A stretch of 64,000 nucleotides of DNA from Lingula anatina (lineage: Eukaryota; Animalia; Brachiopoda): assembly GCA_051362555.1 (NCBI GenBank), contig CM120643.1, positions 13,304,644 through 13,368,643 on the forward strand. The letters are read 5' to 3'. The notes under the pieces were generated by a model that made no database searches, was not told the origin of the DNA, and saw only the letters and a program-made list of their open reading frames with translations. Below are positions 36,441 through 49,752 of the stretch, one piece after another. Position 1 is the stretch's first letter. Every line of letters begins with the position of its first letter. The position numbers and the translations under genes are program-made.

Positions 36441-39400
36441 CTAAATGGCCTTTCCTTCCTCCAGTTTCTTTATAACATCAGAATGGAGCTTCATGTGTAT
36501 GTTGAGAAAAGACTTGCTGATTGTTTCATAACCACACTGGCAGCATCTGAAAGTCACCAGACACACGGCCTTCTGACCTTCACTTTGACCTTCACCTTGA
36601 CCTTCACTGTTACGGCTAGGTATTAGATAACTGTCTGCGGCCTCTCTTCTGACTGGCTCTGGTAACTGGGACTCTGCAGTGGAAGGCATGATGTCATCTT
36701 CATTATCATTGGTTGAATCTGTGTCGTCTGGCTCAGCTGTGGCATCAGTTTCATAATCAATGGCTGCGTTGATGACATCATTTGTGTACTGGTAGCTGTA
36801 GTTGGCATCGCTGGCATGACGCCACATGTGCGATTTCAAGGACGGAAGATGGTGACAGATGTAGCCACATAGGTTACATTTATACTGCTCCAGTGGCTGT
36901 TGAACATAGCGCTGATCGTTGGCGTGTCTTTTCATGTGTGACTTCAGGCTACGACTTGAGCCTGCTACAAAATCGCAGTGCTGACACTTCAAGGGGCCTG
37001 AAAGCTCCCCCTGCTGGGCAAAAACCTTGGCCTCCTTATATCCTTCATCAGATTCATTATCGGTTGTCTTATTGTCCAAAAGATGGAGCTTACAGTGCTC
37101 CTTTAGTTCTTCACATGAAGAAAAAATGCTTCCACACTTAAGGCATTTCACACTCACTGGGTCTGGTACGCTTTTTGGCACATTGTGGGATTGCAGGTGC
37201 AATTTAAAAGCTACCTGGTCATGGGTTTCAAAGCAGCAGGCTTCACACATGTAAGGTCGTTTGGCGTCTTTCTCATGCCCTCGCATGTGAGCACGTAGCT
37301 GGCTCTTATAGTTGAAAACGGCTGAACATGTCTTGCATTGATAAGTTCTGATTTTACAGTGCTGAATCATGTGACTTTGCAGAGATTCATTGGAGTCTGC
37401 AACAAAGCTGCAAAGAGAGCACTCAAATGGCTGCTTGTCTTTGTGCAAGCGCATGTGCGTGCACATAAGACTGGCATTGGCAGACATGTAATGGCAAAGC
37501 TTACATCTGTACTGTCCTTCCATATCATCAAGTTTTTCAACATTCTCCAAAGTTTCCAACCACTTTGAATCGTCCAATGACCTAGTCTGACTAGTGACAC
37601 GGCCTCCTTTCCTGCGGCGCCCTTTCCCACTTCCACTGGATTTTCCCCCATCACCCATTACCTCATCCACGTCTGCATCACTCTCGGACTTTGACCTTTC
37701 TCTCAGCTGCTCTATGACGGCCAGCAGTGAGCTACATATCCCAGACTTTGGCTTTGAACCTTCAGTGCAGGTACTTAGAGCTGTGCTGCCACTTTCATCT
37801 CTGTCAGCCTTGGCATCACACTTCTCTGCCCCAGTTTGGGTAGTATCATCCTTCATCTTGTATTTTGGAGGGGCTTGCAGTTTGATGACCCCCTGGATCT
37901 TATCAGCATTTACTGGGCACGCTGGATTCAGATTGGGTCCCTTCTTTAGCAGGGACAGCAGACTAACAGCTTGATCCTCGCTGTGGAGGGTGGGACTAGA
38001 CTGCTGCTGCTGCTGCTGTTGTTGAGAGACACCGACTTGGCTCTCCATTTGCTCCTGTGTTGTCTGGTTTTCTGTGAAAAGATCATAACAGCTATATAGC
38101 AACCTTCTCATATTTTTGTAATCCGAGCTCTCTAAGTAAATTGTCACACAGTTCCAAAGTTTAAAACAGAATGCATTTGAAACATATACTTAACCAGTTT
38201 TTAGAAACCTGTGCTTATCAGTTCTGTTTTTATGTATAATTTTTTGTTTAATCCTCATTAATTTCTTTGTATAACTCCAACTTTTTGGTCACTATGATTA
38301 TCATGATTTTATTTTAAGTTAACATTATCAGAATAAATATGTTTAAAAAAATTAACACAGATTAATAATGGCAAGAAATGAAACTGAAGTTAATACAGGA
38401 CAAACAAAAAATTTTAATTACCTGGAAGGAACATCTGGATAGAGTGTTTTAATAAATTACCATTGGGCAAGAAAGACAAAGTATCAGAAAATGGATCAAT
38501 GTCAGTTTCCTTGTGTTTTTCAGGTAAAATATCTTCTCACAATATCTTTAAAACAATTACCTGCACTGTGTTCCCCTTCATGTCCAGAGATTTCTATCAT
38601 GGCACCCTCAGCTGCTACACTCTGACTGGTCAATGACATTGTAAGAGACTGCTAATAAAGAAAAAACAAAAAATGTAACAATAATACAAACTCATTACTT
38701 TGTTTTTATTTGGCCTGGGCTGATTGTTACATCAAAACTACATAAAATCAATACCCCTTCAACTACTATAACAACTATGGACCATATCTCAGAATATTAC
38801 TAATTTAAAACCAATTTAACAATTGATTATTTAGATATTCCTGTCCTATCACAAGTCTCATCATCAACACAAGTGGAAAAGAATTTACCATGGTGATCCC
38901 CTGGTCACCAGGTGGCACCACCAGTTGGTAACTTCCAATGACCACACTATCTGATCTGTTGATCTGGCAGCATCAATTAAGCCATTACCGCCCTGTGTTG
39001 GTCTGGTTGTGAACACACCCTAATTAAATTTAATTATTTTAAATTTAATTTAAAATTAAAAAAAAAACAGTTTCCCTTTACCTGCAGTGTGCTCTCTGAG
39101 GTGGCCTCGCTTTGGGTGTCCAGCAGTCGCGGGCTGTTCTGGAAGGTGAAATTCTGGGTGGTATATGCCTCATTTAAAGCCTCAACAATCACATTGCCTA
39201 AAAAAATGAAATCATCAAAAAGGATATAAAGACTGATAAATATGAAATGAACACTGATAAATATGAAATCATTTCTCAGTTTCTTTTCATCTCTGCCCTA
39301 GTCTATCATAAAGAAAAGAAGACATAGATACTAATAATATCATAAGCATTCATGTGACCATTATATAATCTCATACTTCATACTTTTTAAAAGTAATTTA

Positions 39401-41981
39401 CAGTTACAATTTAAATTTAATCATGTGAAGAGTGAAAATCAACACTAGTAATCAGTAGTTAGTAATCAACAAAACAATGTATGTACATTCACTTAAAGGT
39501 AATACCAAACATTAAATTAATAAATAAATCACCTCTGTTTTGTATAAGACCTTCTTGTCTCATCTTCTTGATAACTGCTTGGATTTCCTCGTCATTTGCC
39601 CTGCGTTTCCCCTGTGTCACCAGACGTATGTTTTCACTTGTTGGGCTATCAGGAACTCGGGAGCCAACTTGGCCTGAAAAACCATTGCACAAAGTGAAAC
39701 TTGCTCATGTTTTACCTGGAAGAGGTTTCTTGGGTCACTATTTAACCTTCAATTGTTCTGACAGGGAAATTCATCCTAATGATAACATCTCCAAAAATAA
39801 TAATTCATCATTTTAAAAGTTATCAAATATTCAATTTTTTATTGTTTATTTGACATCAATGCCACAATTCCTGTTCTTACTAAAGGTGAAAGAAATGAAA
39901 GGAAATTGCTATCTTTTATACCTTATTTCTTTGAGAACCATCAGTCCAGATATTAATTTTTGATGAAAACATCAAAATTTGCATGCTGAGAATACTGATT
40001 AATGAATTTTCACCTTACCTCCAACTGAGTCCATAGAAACATCTGAGTTAACATCCTCTTTATTGGTTTCCATGCCAACCTCTCCATCTGCTAAAGACTG
40101 CTCATTTATCTTCTCCAAGATACTTGTTGCCATGGAAACTTCACTGACACCAATAGCAGTTGACGGATGGTTTGTAATCTGGCGTCTTCCTCTCGATGTT
40201 TGACTTCGAGTTACCATGGCACTTTGAGACTTTCCTGTAGCAGGAACAAAATGCCGACTGTCTCCTTCATTGAGAGGACACGCACTGCCCTTCAGTACAG
40301 ACCCCACAAGATTGCCACTGCCTTCTTTATCAGAGGTAGCAAACAAATGGATGTAAGATGGATCGGACGATTTTAGGGATTGGGCCAATAATTGAGATCT
40401 ATCCCGGCTACTCATTTTCAACAGATTGACAAGATTTGGGGCAGTATGTTGTGTAATGGAGGTAGAATTGGAAGCAGTTGAATTTCTAGTTGCCTGTTGG
40501 GATTGTCTTGAGACAGGGCTGGCCTCTGGTGGCGGTGCTGCCTTTTTTGGTTGCCATATCACTCCAATGTCAGACCCCTTCTTGTCCAAAATTTTCACAA
40601 TCCTGACATCTTTTGGACTTTGACCCTGTATTGACATGGGCATCTGTGCTCCGGAATACTGAGATTTTGGCACCATCATGTCTGTGTTATTTTTCCCTTC
40701 GAGGTCCTCACTTTTCTGCTGCACCCCTCCTCGAGTTGCCTCACTTCTCTGTTGTGTCGAAACTGCCACATCGTCATAAATACTAAGCGGCCCATTCTGA
40801 AACATGGGGTACTCTATCTCCTGGTGTCCCGAGTGCTTCCAAACATGTGCCTTGATGGTCCTCTGGTGCTCACATGTGTAACTACATATGGTACATCTGT
40901 ACACAGACTGGCCTTGGTCAAACACAAATGCCAACTGACCACCACCGCAGTTTACAGCAGTGGTCACTTGCTGGCCAGGGGTCTTACAAAGGTCAGCAGC
41001 CGTGCTGAGATTATCCCTACTGGTTTGGCTTGACCCTGACCCTTTGGATTTATGGGACACCATGTGACTTACGAATAGATCGACGTCTTGGCTGGTGAAA
41101 CTGCAGTCTGTACACTTGTATATGGCCACTGAAGGTGGCTGGGCAGCTGTCGATATTGAAGTTTGGTGTTGAGATCTCTCACTTTTTTCTGCCACAGCCT
41201 GCTCCTCTTCTTCCTGGGTGGCAGCTTCCTCAACCTCATCCAATGATATATGTTGGTACATATGGTCTCTGAGGATGTCCTTTCTATCAGTGGTAAACCC
41301 ACATTCGGAGCACTTCATAAAAATGACAGGAAAAGAAGACTTGGGCTGCACTGTGGTGGAAGTGGACGGAGAAGGCAGCTGTTTTTGATGCTGACTGGCC
41401 TGGGAAGGTGGCTCCCACGATACATGTGACTTAGAGTGCTGTTCCAGCAAGTTCAGCTGCGTCGTAGAGTAGGAACAGTGACTGCACTGATGGGTGCGTG
41501 CCCCAGAATGAGTGTTCATGTGCATGATAATGTTACTTTTAATGGTCGTGGCATAGTCGCAAGAATCGCACAGAAAGACCCCACCTTTAGGATGCACCTC
41601 CCTCAGGTGGCAGTACAGCAAGTTACGCTCAAGAAACTGCTTCTGGCACAGATTACACTCAAACACACGCTGAGTTGCGTGCATCTTGATGTGGTTTGTT
41701 AAATGCCCCTTCTTACGGAAATTCGCATTGCAGTACGTGCACTCGTAAGGCCTCTCGGAGCTGTGGATCAGCAGGTGCTCCTTCAGGGAGTGACTGCGCT
41801 TGCCAGCATAGTCACAGAATGGGCATTTAAAGGGACGGGCAGCTAGATGAACCAGATCGAAGTGTTGCTTCAAGTAATGTTTGTTGTGGGTGAAATAGCT
41901 GCACTCTGTGCACCTAAAATTGTCCTTCTCTTCCAGGCTTGTTGATACTGAAGAAAGCACAGCAGTGTTATTCATTGTCAT
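36441..41981 (-). CDS. ZNF507: C2H2 zinc-finger protein, ZNF507-like (6 coding exons, ~1338 aa)
   Basis: Exons 41981-40019, 39673-39533, 39197-39082, 38963-38889, 38651-38561 and 38071-36441 join in frame (4017 nt). ZNF507-type fingers YRCTICSYTCEHQRTIKAHVWKHSG and YKCNLCGYICHHLPSLKSHMWRHASDANYSYQ..INAAI. 5' UTR acceptor at 42217 and donor near 43334. Confidence 0.85.
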
Positions 41982-43379
41982 TATCTTTGTGCTACTTTAA
42001 ACTGTGTAGTTGCAGGAGGGTTTCATTCTGGTTGTGTTAGAGACGGTTTATGGTTGAGCTTAATTAGGTCTTGCACAATCATTTGCACAACCGAGTGACC
42101 TGGTTATAGTCAGCTGTTCTGATGCCGCACTGAGATCTCTTGATTTCCTACAGCATTGACAAGGTAGAACTTTGCTGAAGATAATCAGCTGTTTATTTCT
42201 GGTTGTTAGGGCCTTACCTAAAATGAAAAATTATCAAATTACTTTATATACTGATTATAGTGCCTTGTTTATAATATGAATTGACAAAGCACCTAATTTA
42301 CTGATTATGATGTGGCTAATATATATACTTTACTTAGGCTCAACAAAGTAAAACTGCTTTGCACTGTACAGTTTGTGGAATTTTTAAAATAATTCTTTTT
42401 TTACTTCACTGGTTTAAAGATAACCAACTTTATGATAAAAGCCTACACATACCCTCTTTTTTATCTGGATTACAAAGGAAAACATAACTTCACCATGGTT
42501 TTACATAGCCATTCTTTTATATCTAAAATAGAAAATATTTATCATGTAAAAGCCAATGTATATTCATATCTTTCTCCTTTTTCTTTGCATGGAAAAGACA
42601 TAGATTTGAAAATCAGATTTAAACATTAATAAGTCTTGATATAAACATATGAATAAATAAAATATTTAAATACTGTTACTTAGATGTAAAGGTGTCAGCA
42701 AAGTAATTTACTAAAACTTCAAAACATTAAAAGAATAATAAAAATAAATAGCACATGTATATTGTTTTTTTCTTAAAAATAAAACATAAAAAACGCAAAA
42801 AAAGTTAAATGACGAAACACTGCCAGATCCTCAAATTTAGTATAAGCCAAAGCACAGAAAAAAAAGTAAGCAGTAAATCCAGGCACTAGGTTTAAGGCAG
42901 GGCATATTTACTTAAGACGATAAAACCTCAAACCTCCACAAGTGCAAGGAACTATTTCTATCGCACATTGTAAATTCTATTCCTAAATACAAGTATTAGC
43001 ATGTGAAAATATTTCAACGCCTTTTTTTTTAATCTCAGTGAACCTGTCTTTAAATTCGTTGCCAAAGTTACAAACGCTTATTCTAAATTACAGGCACTAT
43101 ATTTCAATAGCGAGTAAACTGTTAACTATATATATAATGAGCAATTACGTGACTTTCTCACATCACCGTGCTGATGGAAACATTAAACCCACATTGCAAA
43201 TTCTAGCGAGCGATCAAACTGCATTTTCTCGCTTTTCTTGCATATCAGTGAATGCATATCTTTCCATTCATTATAATAATATCTTATAACGCATCATTCA
43301 TTACGATCTATATTACTATTGTTGCTAGCTTACCCATTATTGACGCTAAACCACAAGGTTCACTTCAAAGTCCAGAGGT

Positions 43380-43700
43380 TCACGCTGTCTAAAATGGCGA
43401 TCCAACTTGTCACGTGATCAAATAGTACGCCAAACTAAGTCACATGACCCTCATCAAAATTTCAATGAAGAATAGCCAGAAAATAAGTGACGTAAGATGC
43501 AAATGTTCCTTACCTTGAATAAACATTCACCATAAAATTTTTATTTAAAATAAAATCTTAGTTATTTGCTCCAGAAATGTGGTTAAATTTAAAATAATAT
43601 CCTTCTGCATACATAATTATTCTCGCGAGAAAACACGAAACTTCCTCTCCAGCCACCGGTGTAGCAAACTAGGTCGATAGTGCCACGTTAGCGTGATAAT
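43380..43700. promoter_or_regulatory. Bidirectional promoter between ZNF507-like and DAD1
   Basis: AAAATGGCG (YY1-type) at 43391, TCACGTGA at 43409, TGACGTAA at 43488, TCTCGCGAGA palindrome at 43621-43630 and ACTTCC (ETS) at 43640. Confidence 0.7.
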
Positions 43701-43708
43701 ATATCAAA

Positions 43709-44597
43709 ATGCCTGAAAGTTTAGGTTCAGTGATCGGCAAATTCTACGACCAATATATGCAAGACACCCCAAAGAAACTAAAACTGGTAGACGCATATTT
43801 ATTGTACATTCTGTTGACGGGGGTAGTACAGTTTGCGTACTGTTGTTTAGTAGGGACCTTCCCATTCAACTCTTTCTTGTCTGGCTTCATCTCCTGTGTG
43901 GGATCATTTGTTTTGGGAGGTAAGCTTGATGTTGTGATTATTGTAGTTAGCAGTTTAGAATAATGACAGGTGTTTTGTTTTTGAAATTTAAGATCCATTT
44001 GCTTTTTTCATAATTTACACATCACTGTTATTGTAATATATAACTTGAATTTTTATAGTTGATGTGAATTTTAAAGTGAATTTGTCAATAGTGATTGTAC
44101 TACTTGAACACAGTGTTTTGCCTTTTATCTACTTATTGCCATGTATATTGCAATCGGCGTTACTGTATTGATTGGAGTTAACGGGCATGCACAATTATAA
44201 CAATTGTATTTATTCTGACCTTCATCTTCAGTAAATGCAAAATAAGCATAGTCTGAAGACTTAAAAAGATTACCCTAACTGATGCATCTTGAAGTATTGA
44301 ACACATTTTGTATGCCTAGCCTTCTTTGCTTATGAGCTTAATAATGTTAATGTTACTATTTAAAGAGAATTAGTACCAAGACACAAAATCTTTCTCTTTT
44401 TATGGTGAATGACAACATTTTTTTTACATTTAATTTTCATGTAAATAACATTTTTCTACTTTTCAGTATGTTTAAGGATCCAGGTTAACCCACAGAACAA
44501 ACATGAATTCAATAACCTTGCCCCAGAGAGAGCATTTGCAGATTTCATCTTTGCACACATTGTGTTACATCTGGTAGTAATGAACTTCATAGGATAG
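43709..44597 (+). CDS. DAD1: Dolichyl-diphosphooligosaccharide-protein glycosyltransferase subunit DAD1 (113 aa)
   Basis: Exons 43709-43919 and 44467-44597; [69 protein letters not shown]. Confidence 0.97.
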
Positions 44598-45983
44598 AAC
44601 ACCTTTGAAATTGGACAAAAAAATATGGTAATTATGCCCTAGGGTTAGATAGCAGACCTGATGTAACATTTGTTGCATTAGTCTTTATTTGCTAAAAGCA
44701 ATTATCTCTGTTCAGTTCATAATTAATGCTGTATATTTGCTAAAATCACATTCATTTATATATCTTAGTTTGTCAATTTCATTAGAATAATTCAGTCTGA
44801 GATCTTGGTTTGAGCTCTTGTATGGAATATTTGCATAAAACTGCAATTGAGAAATTCACTCAGAAAGAAAAGGAAAAGATTTAAGCGATATAATTTTTGC
44901 TCTGGACAGTAGATGGGCTGGAGTGAACTCATATCTTGGTGGTGTGTACATTATTTACTAAAAACCAACTGAGCAGTTTGTCCAATAAATTAGTGAGGCT
45001 TCCTTGTTTGAATATCAGTGACTCTTTGTCCATCATTTGATTGTGTGATTTTTTAAAATCCATCCTTTTTTCTTCAAACAATACTTGAAGCTTGAACAAT
45101 TATGCACTTCTTTATCTTTCCAGATGTAGTAACATGTAATGCTGCCAGCATGAGGAGCAGATTTATACTGTTTAAGAAGCCACTGACAGTACCAAAGATG
45201 GGAAAGAATAAGATAATATGCCATTCCATGCACAGTCTTAATTGACTTTTAAGAATAATGATGTACATATAAATGGTCTGTGCTGTTAAAAAAAAAAAGA
45301 GAGACGCTGCCAGTGCATTCTTCTGGTATATGATCATGGAGTCTAGAGTACAATAAAGGACTTTTGTACCTACAACTTCTATTATTTTCATTTACTTATT
45401 CCTTTTTATGTGCAGACACAGATGTCTATGCCTACGTATTGCTGTCACCTTAGTCTGCAATCACCCTCACCAGCGTTGCCCTACACTTTCAGTTTATAAC
45501 AAAAAAATGGAAAACTATTTGACATTTTGTCTTCAAACCTTCACAACTGATGAACATTTACAAAATACAGGTCAAGTTTGAAAATTAGCTTGATGGATGA
45601 TTTTTCTTAAAGCTATGCTTTTTTTTTTTTTTTTTTGGAAATGTAACCAGTTTTTGGGTTTAGGCATTTTTGGCATTTTGTTGGGTTTAGAAGCAATTAT
45701 TTGATTTTTTTAAATAAAACGAAATTTTGTTTTAAAAACAATTAAGAGTTTATTTATCAGTCTTGATCAACTTGCATAAAATACATTTTCAATTTGCTTA
45801 ACAGGTAAAAAAATTCAACTTGTACGATAATTATGACTGGAATATCAACAAAAATCTTCATACAGTTTTAAAACAAAATTACAGTTTGCATAAAATTCGT
45901 AATACTAGCACCTGATTCTAAAAGTAAAAGAAAAAAATATGAGACTAAAATCATATATATATTCTAAAACCTAAATACTGAGT

Positions 45984-47606
45984 TTAATTATCTGTATTTT
46001 TTATTAATGATGAGGTAATATCCAAGGTTCCACTGTATCCATTGTCTTTGATGGCCTCTAACTGAGCAATGTAATCCTGAGGAAGGCCATTCTGTCTTGC
46101 TCCGGATACAATGACGTTCTTGTACTGTGGCGAGGGTGGACCAAGGCCTCTCTCTAATGGTCTTAGGAGCTCATAAGTTCGGCACTCCAAGATGGATCCA
46201 TCTTTGCAAGTAACCTGTACCTCTACTGGTTTATAGACCATTCTTGATACACCTTCTTGACTGAAAAGATTTTCACTAAAAGTTAATAATATCCCAAAAA
46301 AGTTTTCCTCAGTACTTAAATTAGGGATGGATATGATATTGTATCAAATATTTATCACAGAGTATTTTTCATTGTTTTTCCACACTTATTCAAAATGTAG
46401 TAGTTTAAACACTATTTTATGTATAAACTAATCAATGAGCTCTATAGGTTCTCAAGTCCTTGTCCTGAGGGGAAAGAGGGCAGGGAAAAGATTCAGGACC
46501 CCCCTTAAAAATATCTTCATTAATATATTTTTTAGTATCTTACTAATAAATTCTGAACAATTTCAGGCATTTACTTGCCCAGTCTGGAGTAAAATGTGGC
46601 TATTACAAAATCACTATGTAAAAATTCTAAGAAGTCATTTTTCTTATCACAAATGGAGCATTGCTTTGGCTAATAAAACTAATTAATTTTGCCTGAACTT
46701 AATGAGTGGGAAATACATGTATAACTGATTGATTTTGTTCACATTTTGGTGGACAATGATCTTACTTGTCCAAGTTCTGCTTATCCGAGATGTCCAGTTC
46801 CCACACCACTCCCCAACACTGGGCCTTCTGGACAGGTAGAATAGTGGCAACATGGCCTTGCCAGCGCTGAGAAAACATGGCAAATGTTAGCTCCCAGTCC
46901 TAGAAATAAAATCACATATCGATCTGGCTGACAACCATTGGTCCATAATTAAACATGGCAATGGCAGCCATGTTCATCGAAAGAATATAATGACATGGTT
47001 GAAAACCAACTGTCAGTACACTTGCCAATCCTGGAAATATAGTTACATGTTTGACAACCACCTGTCAATAAACTTGCCACTCCTAGAAATATAATGACAT
47101 TGGTAACCAGATGTCTCCGCCACTGAATGGTAGGTAAACTTGGCAAAGGCCTGTCAAGAGAATGAAATGATTGATGGACACATGTACACAATGTAGGGCA
47201 AAGCAGCTGTAGGTCCTGTAAATTAAATGACCTAATAGTATGTGGTTAAAACAAGGCAGGATATATAGTTCCTAGATTAAAATTATGTGAACAATCTACA
47301 AAATTGTGGTATTTATTTAACCCATTTAATATATTTTAAACATAATATAATTAAGTGATTTTGATGAAATATCAACATAAATGTAATTGCCTCTACTGCA
47401 GATCTACATTATTTTACAATTTACAGCTGTGGTCACATTGTACATCGATCCTAATGTTGGCATACCTGTATATGGCCGACCGCTTTAAATACTGCGGACT
47501 TATTGTTAATAAGTATTCTCTCCTTAAGTAAGTTACTTCCATACGCAAAATATAAAAACGTCCGTCTCCCCTGGTCAACTCTGTTCTCTGCAGCGTTCTT
47601 TTCCAT
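45984..47606 (-). CDS. GGCT: Gamma-glutamylcyclotransferase (3 exons, ~183 aa)
   Basis: Exons 47606-47466, 46899-46766 and 46260-45984; motifs FLYFAYGSNLLKERI, ATI..CWGVVWEL..LDNQEGV, CRTY..PPSPQYKNVIVSGARQNGLPQDY. Confidence 0.93.
46900..47115 (-). repeat. ~52-bp degenerate tandem repeat copying the GGCT exon 2 acceptor
   Basis: ct(a/g)gaaata.. units at 46900, ~46980, 47031 and 47083. On the minus strand ATTTCYAG|GA(C/T/G)TGG recurs. Confidence 0.7.
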
Positions 47607-49752
47607 TTTGAATAACCTACGCACATTAATAACGTCTATATAAGGGGCTAATACTGATACTAGTACATAAGTAGTTGATCCTGAGCATTAAATTAGTCTT
47701 TCGCGTAAAACATCAAAAATAAAACATTGCTGTCAAAATGCCACGCACAGTAATAGAGTTAATGAAGGACATGCTTTAAGCTGACGTCACTGCCGTCCAC
47801 AGGGTCAGGCACACTGACAACAGTGTCACAGTCACAATTAATGCGCTCGTTAAGCCGCTCCCGTGTTGTTGACGAAGATCAATCAACCTTCCAAGCAGAC
47901 AGCGTGATCTAACGTCCATTTACTTGATTCGTTGAAATACCGGGATATGCAAAATGTCATTGCTTGGTTACTGCAACAGTTAGGACGAAAATCATGGAAA
48001 ATCAGACTGTCTGGCGACACACTTGGCGAAGATTTGTCCGATATGCGCAGGTCTAACAGCTGATTATGTATCGACCAATCAAAAATATAGTCGACGACAA
48101 ATCAAGATGAGACAGATCCCGGTGAGTTGGGACGTAGCCTGTTTTTCTCTCCTGGCACGATAGATGGAGGATTTATTGTTTTGAAAATAAATATTTATTT
48201 TTGAAATTAAAAAGTTATATATACAGATATAAAAGGTGTCATTGGCACAAATTGCTATTGCTAAAAAATTAGTTATGTAACTTTATGTTGTGTAATTTTA
48301 ATTCAGTGTTTGTTGTTCTCCATTTCTTTCCTACATTTTGTTGAAAAAAAAAGAAAGAAAAAAGAAAGAAAGAAAACAGATAAAAAGGAATCGTGTAGCA
48401 CATCCTGCAATGAACAACTATCGCATCAGTCTGTACATTATGACACCTCGCCTATTTCTGCTGCACCTGCGCTGCGGCACACATACATTCAGGTTCTGAA
48501 CTAACGAAAACACGCGTCAGATATAATGACGTTGTAATAAACCATCAAAACTAATTTCATGCAGTTCAATATATGTATGAGCAATGATTATAATTATAAG
48601 AACAAAAAAGGCCCACGTACATTTATATAACGCATTTCATTTATATTACTTAAATTGCATTTTAACCCCTTCTTTTTAACATGGCTTTGCTTTCAAATGC
48701 ACTTTTTTAAGTTGTCGTTTTTATCCTGTGCAAAACTATCGAAACTGAAAGGCGCGACACAATAACATACAGCGAGTCTAGGCGTGGAATGGTAAACCAT
48801 TCAAAGACGTATTGACTTTTTTTCATGTAAAACAAATTTACGACAAAGGGCGTGTGCGTTTGTTGAACGCCCAGTTTTTAGCGTTCACAAAGACCACAAT
48901 GTAGGTCCCCATACAAATCCCTTCACAAAAGGCTTACGTTCCGTGAAGCAATTCAGCACGGGTTTCATTTCAATATATATGTTGCAGGTCAAACCAGGGC
49001 CCAATAATTTAAGAGACTAATATTAATATTAAACCAGGAAGCTTTTTATTTGTCATATAGTTTCTGTACGCCACAGCATCTTAAAGCGGACGATACAGAG
49101 TGAACAACAAATTAGGGCCTTTGAAAAGAGAAAGACGCCAAGTGTACGTTGCTGTAGCATATGTGGTTCATTGTAAATGCAAGACTGCCTGGGACCATTG
49201 ACCCGCCAAGAATTACGCTCTATCGGCACAGGTAACAGTCACACGCCGAATGAGATCGGCCTAAGGAGCAGGAAAGTCGGCTTTTCGGACCTGAGGGCGC
49301 GGCTGCGTTCCCCTTTTTGGCCTCACGTGCAGCTCTAAACTTATTGACAAAAACGAAATTCAGGAAAACGGATTTGAGAAGCTGACGTAACTCAATAGAA
49401 GTCGACGCTTAATGTGTTCACCTGTCTTAACTGGGAGTAGTTCGCACGACGGTAAGGCCGGGGTCATCCGTATTTATCGACTACGAAGCGCATATTGATT
49501 TTTAACACTCGGGACACGTACGCACTACTAGCATCGGACTGTTTGGCAAGGTTAAACAGTAGTTCATATATTGAGGTTTACGTTTTATTGCGTCCTTAAA
49601 TACTGCACCACAATACCGGTAGAACTAGATCTATAGATATCCCAGTTTAGTTTTGGATACTTAGACACAAGGGTGTGGCACTGTCATGACCCTCCCATAC
49701 TCTGCTCATATGTAACTTGTGATAAGGCAGATATATAGAACATACGTACACA

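Noticed and set aside
38072-38147. N-terminal 25 aa of ORF 36441..38147 as a separate gene start
   Set aside because: Intronic; a phase-1 acceptor at 38071 joins the upstream ZNF507-like exons.
47414-47626. Listed 70-aa ORF as GGCT exon 1
   Set aside because: Wrong frame; the YFAYGSNL frame starts at ATG 47606 and splices at 47466.
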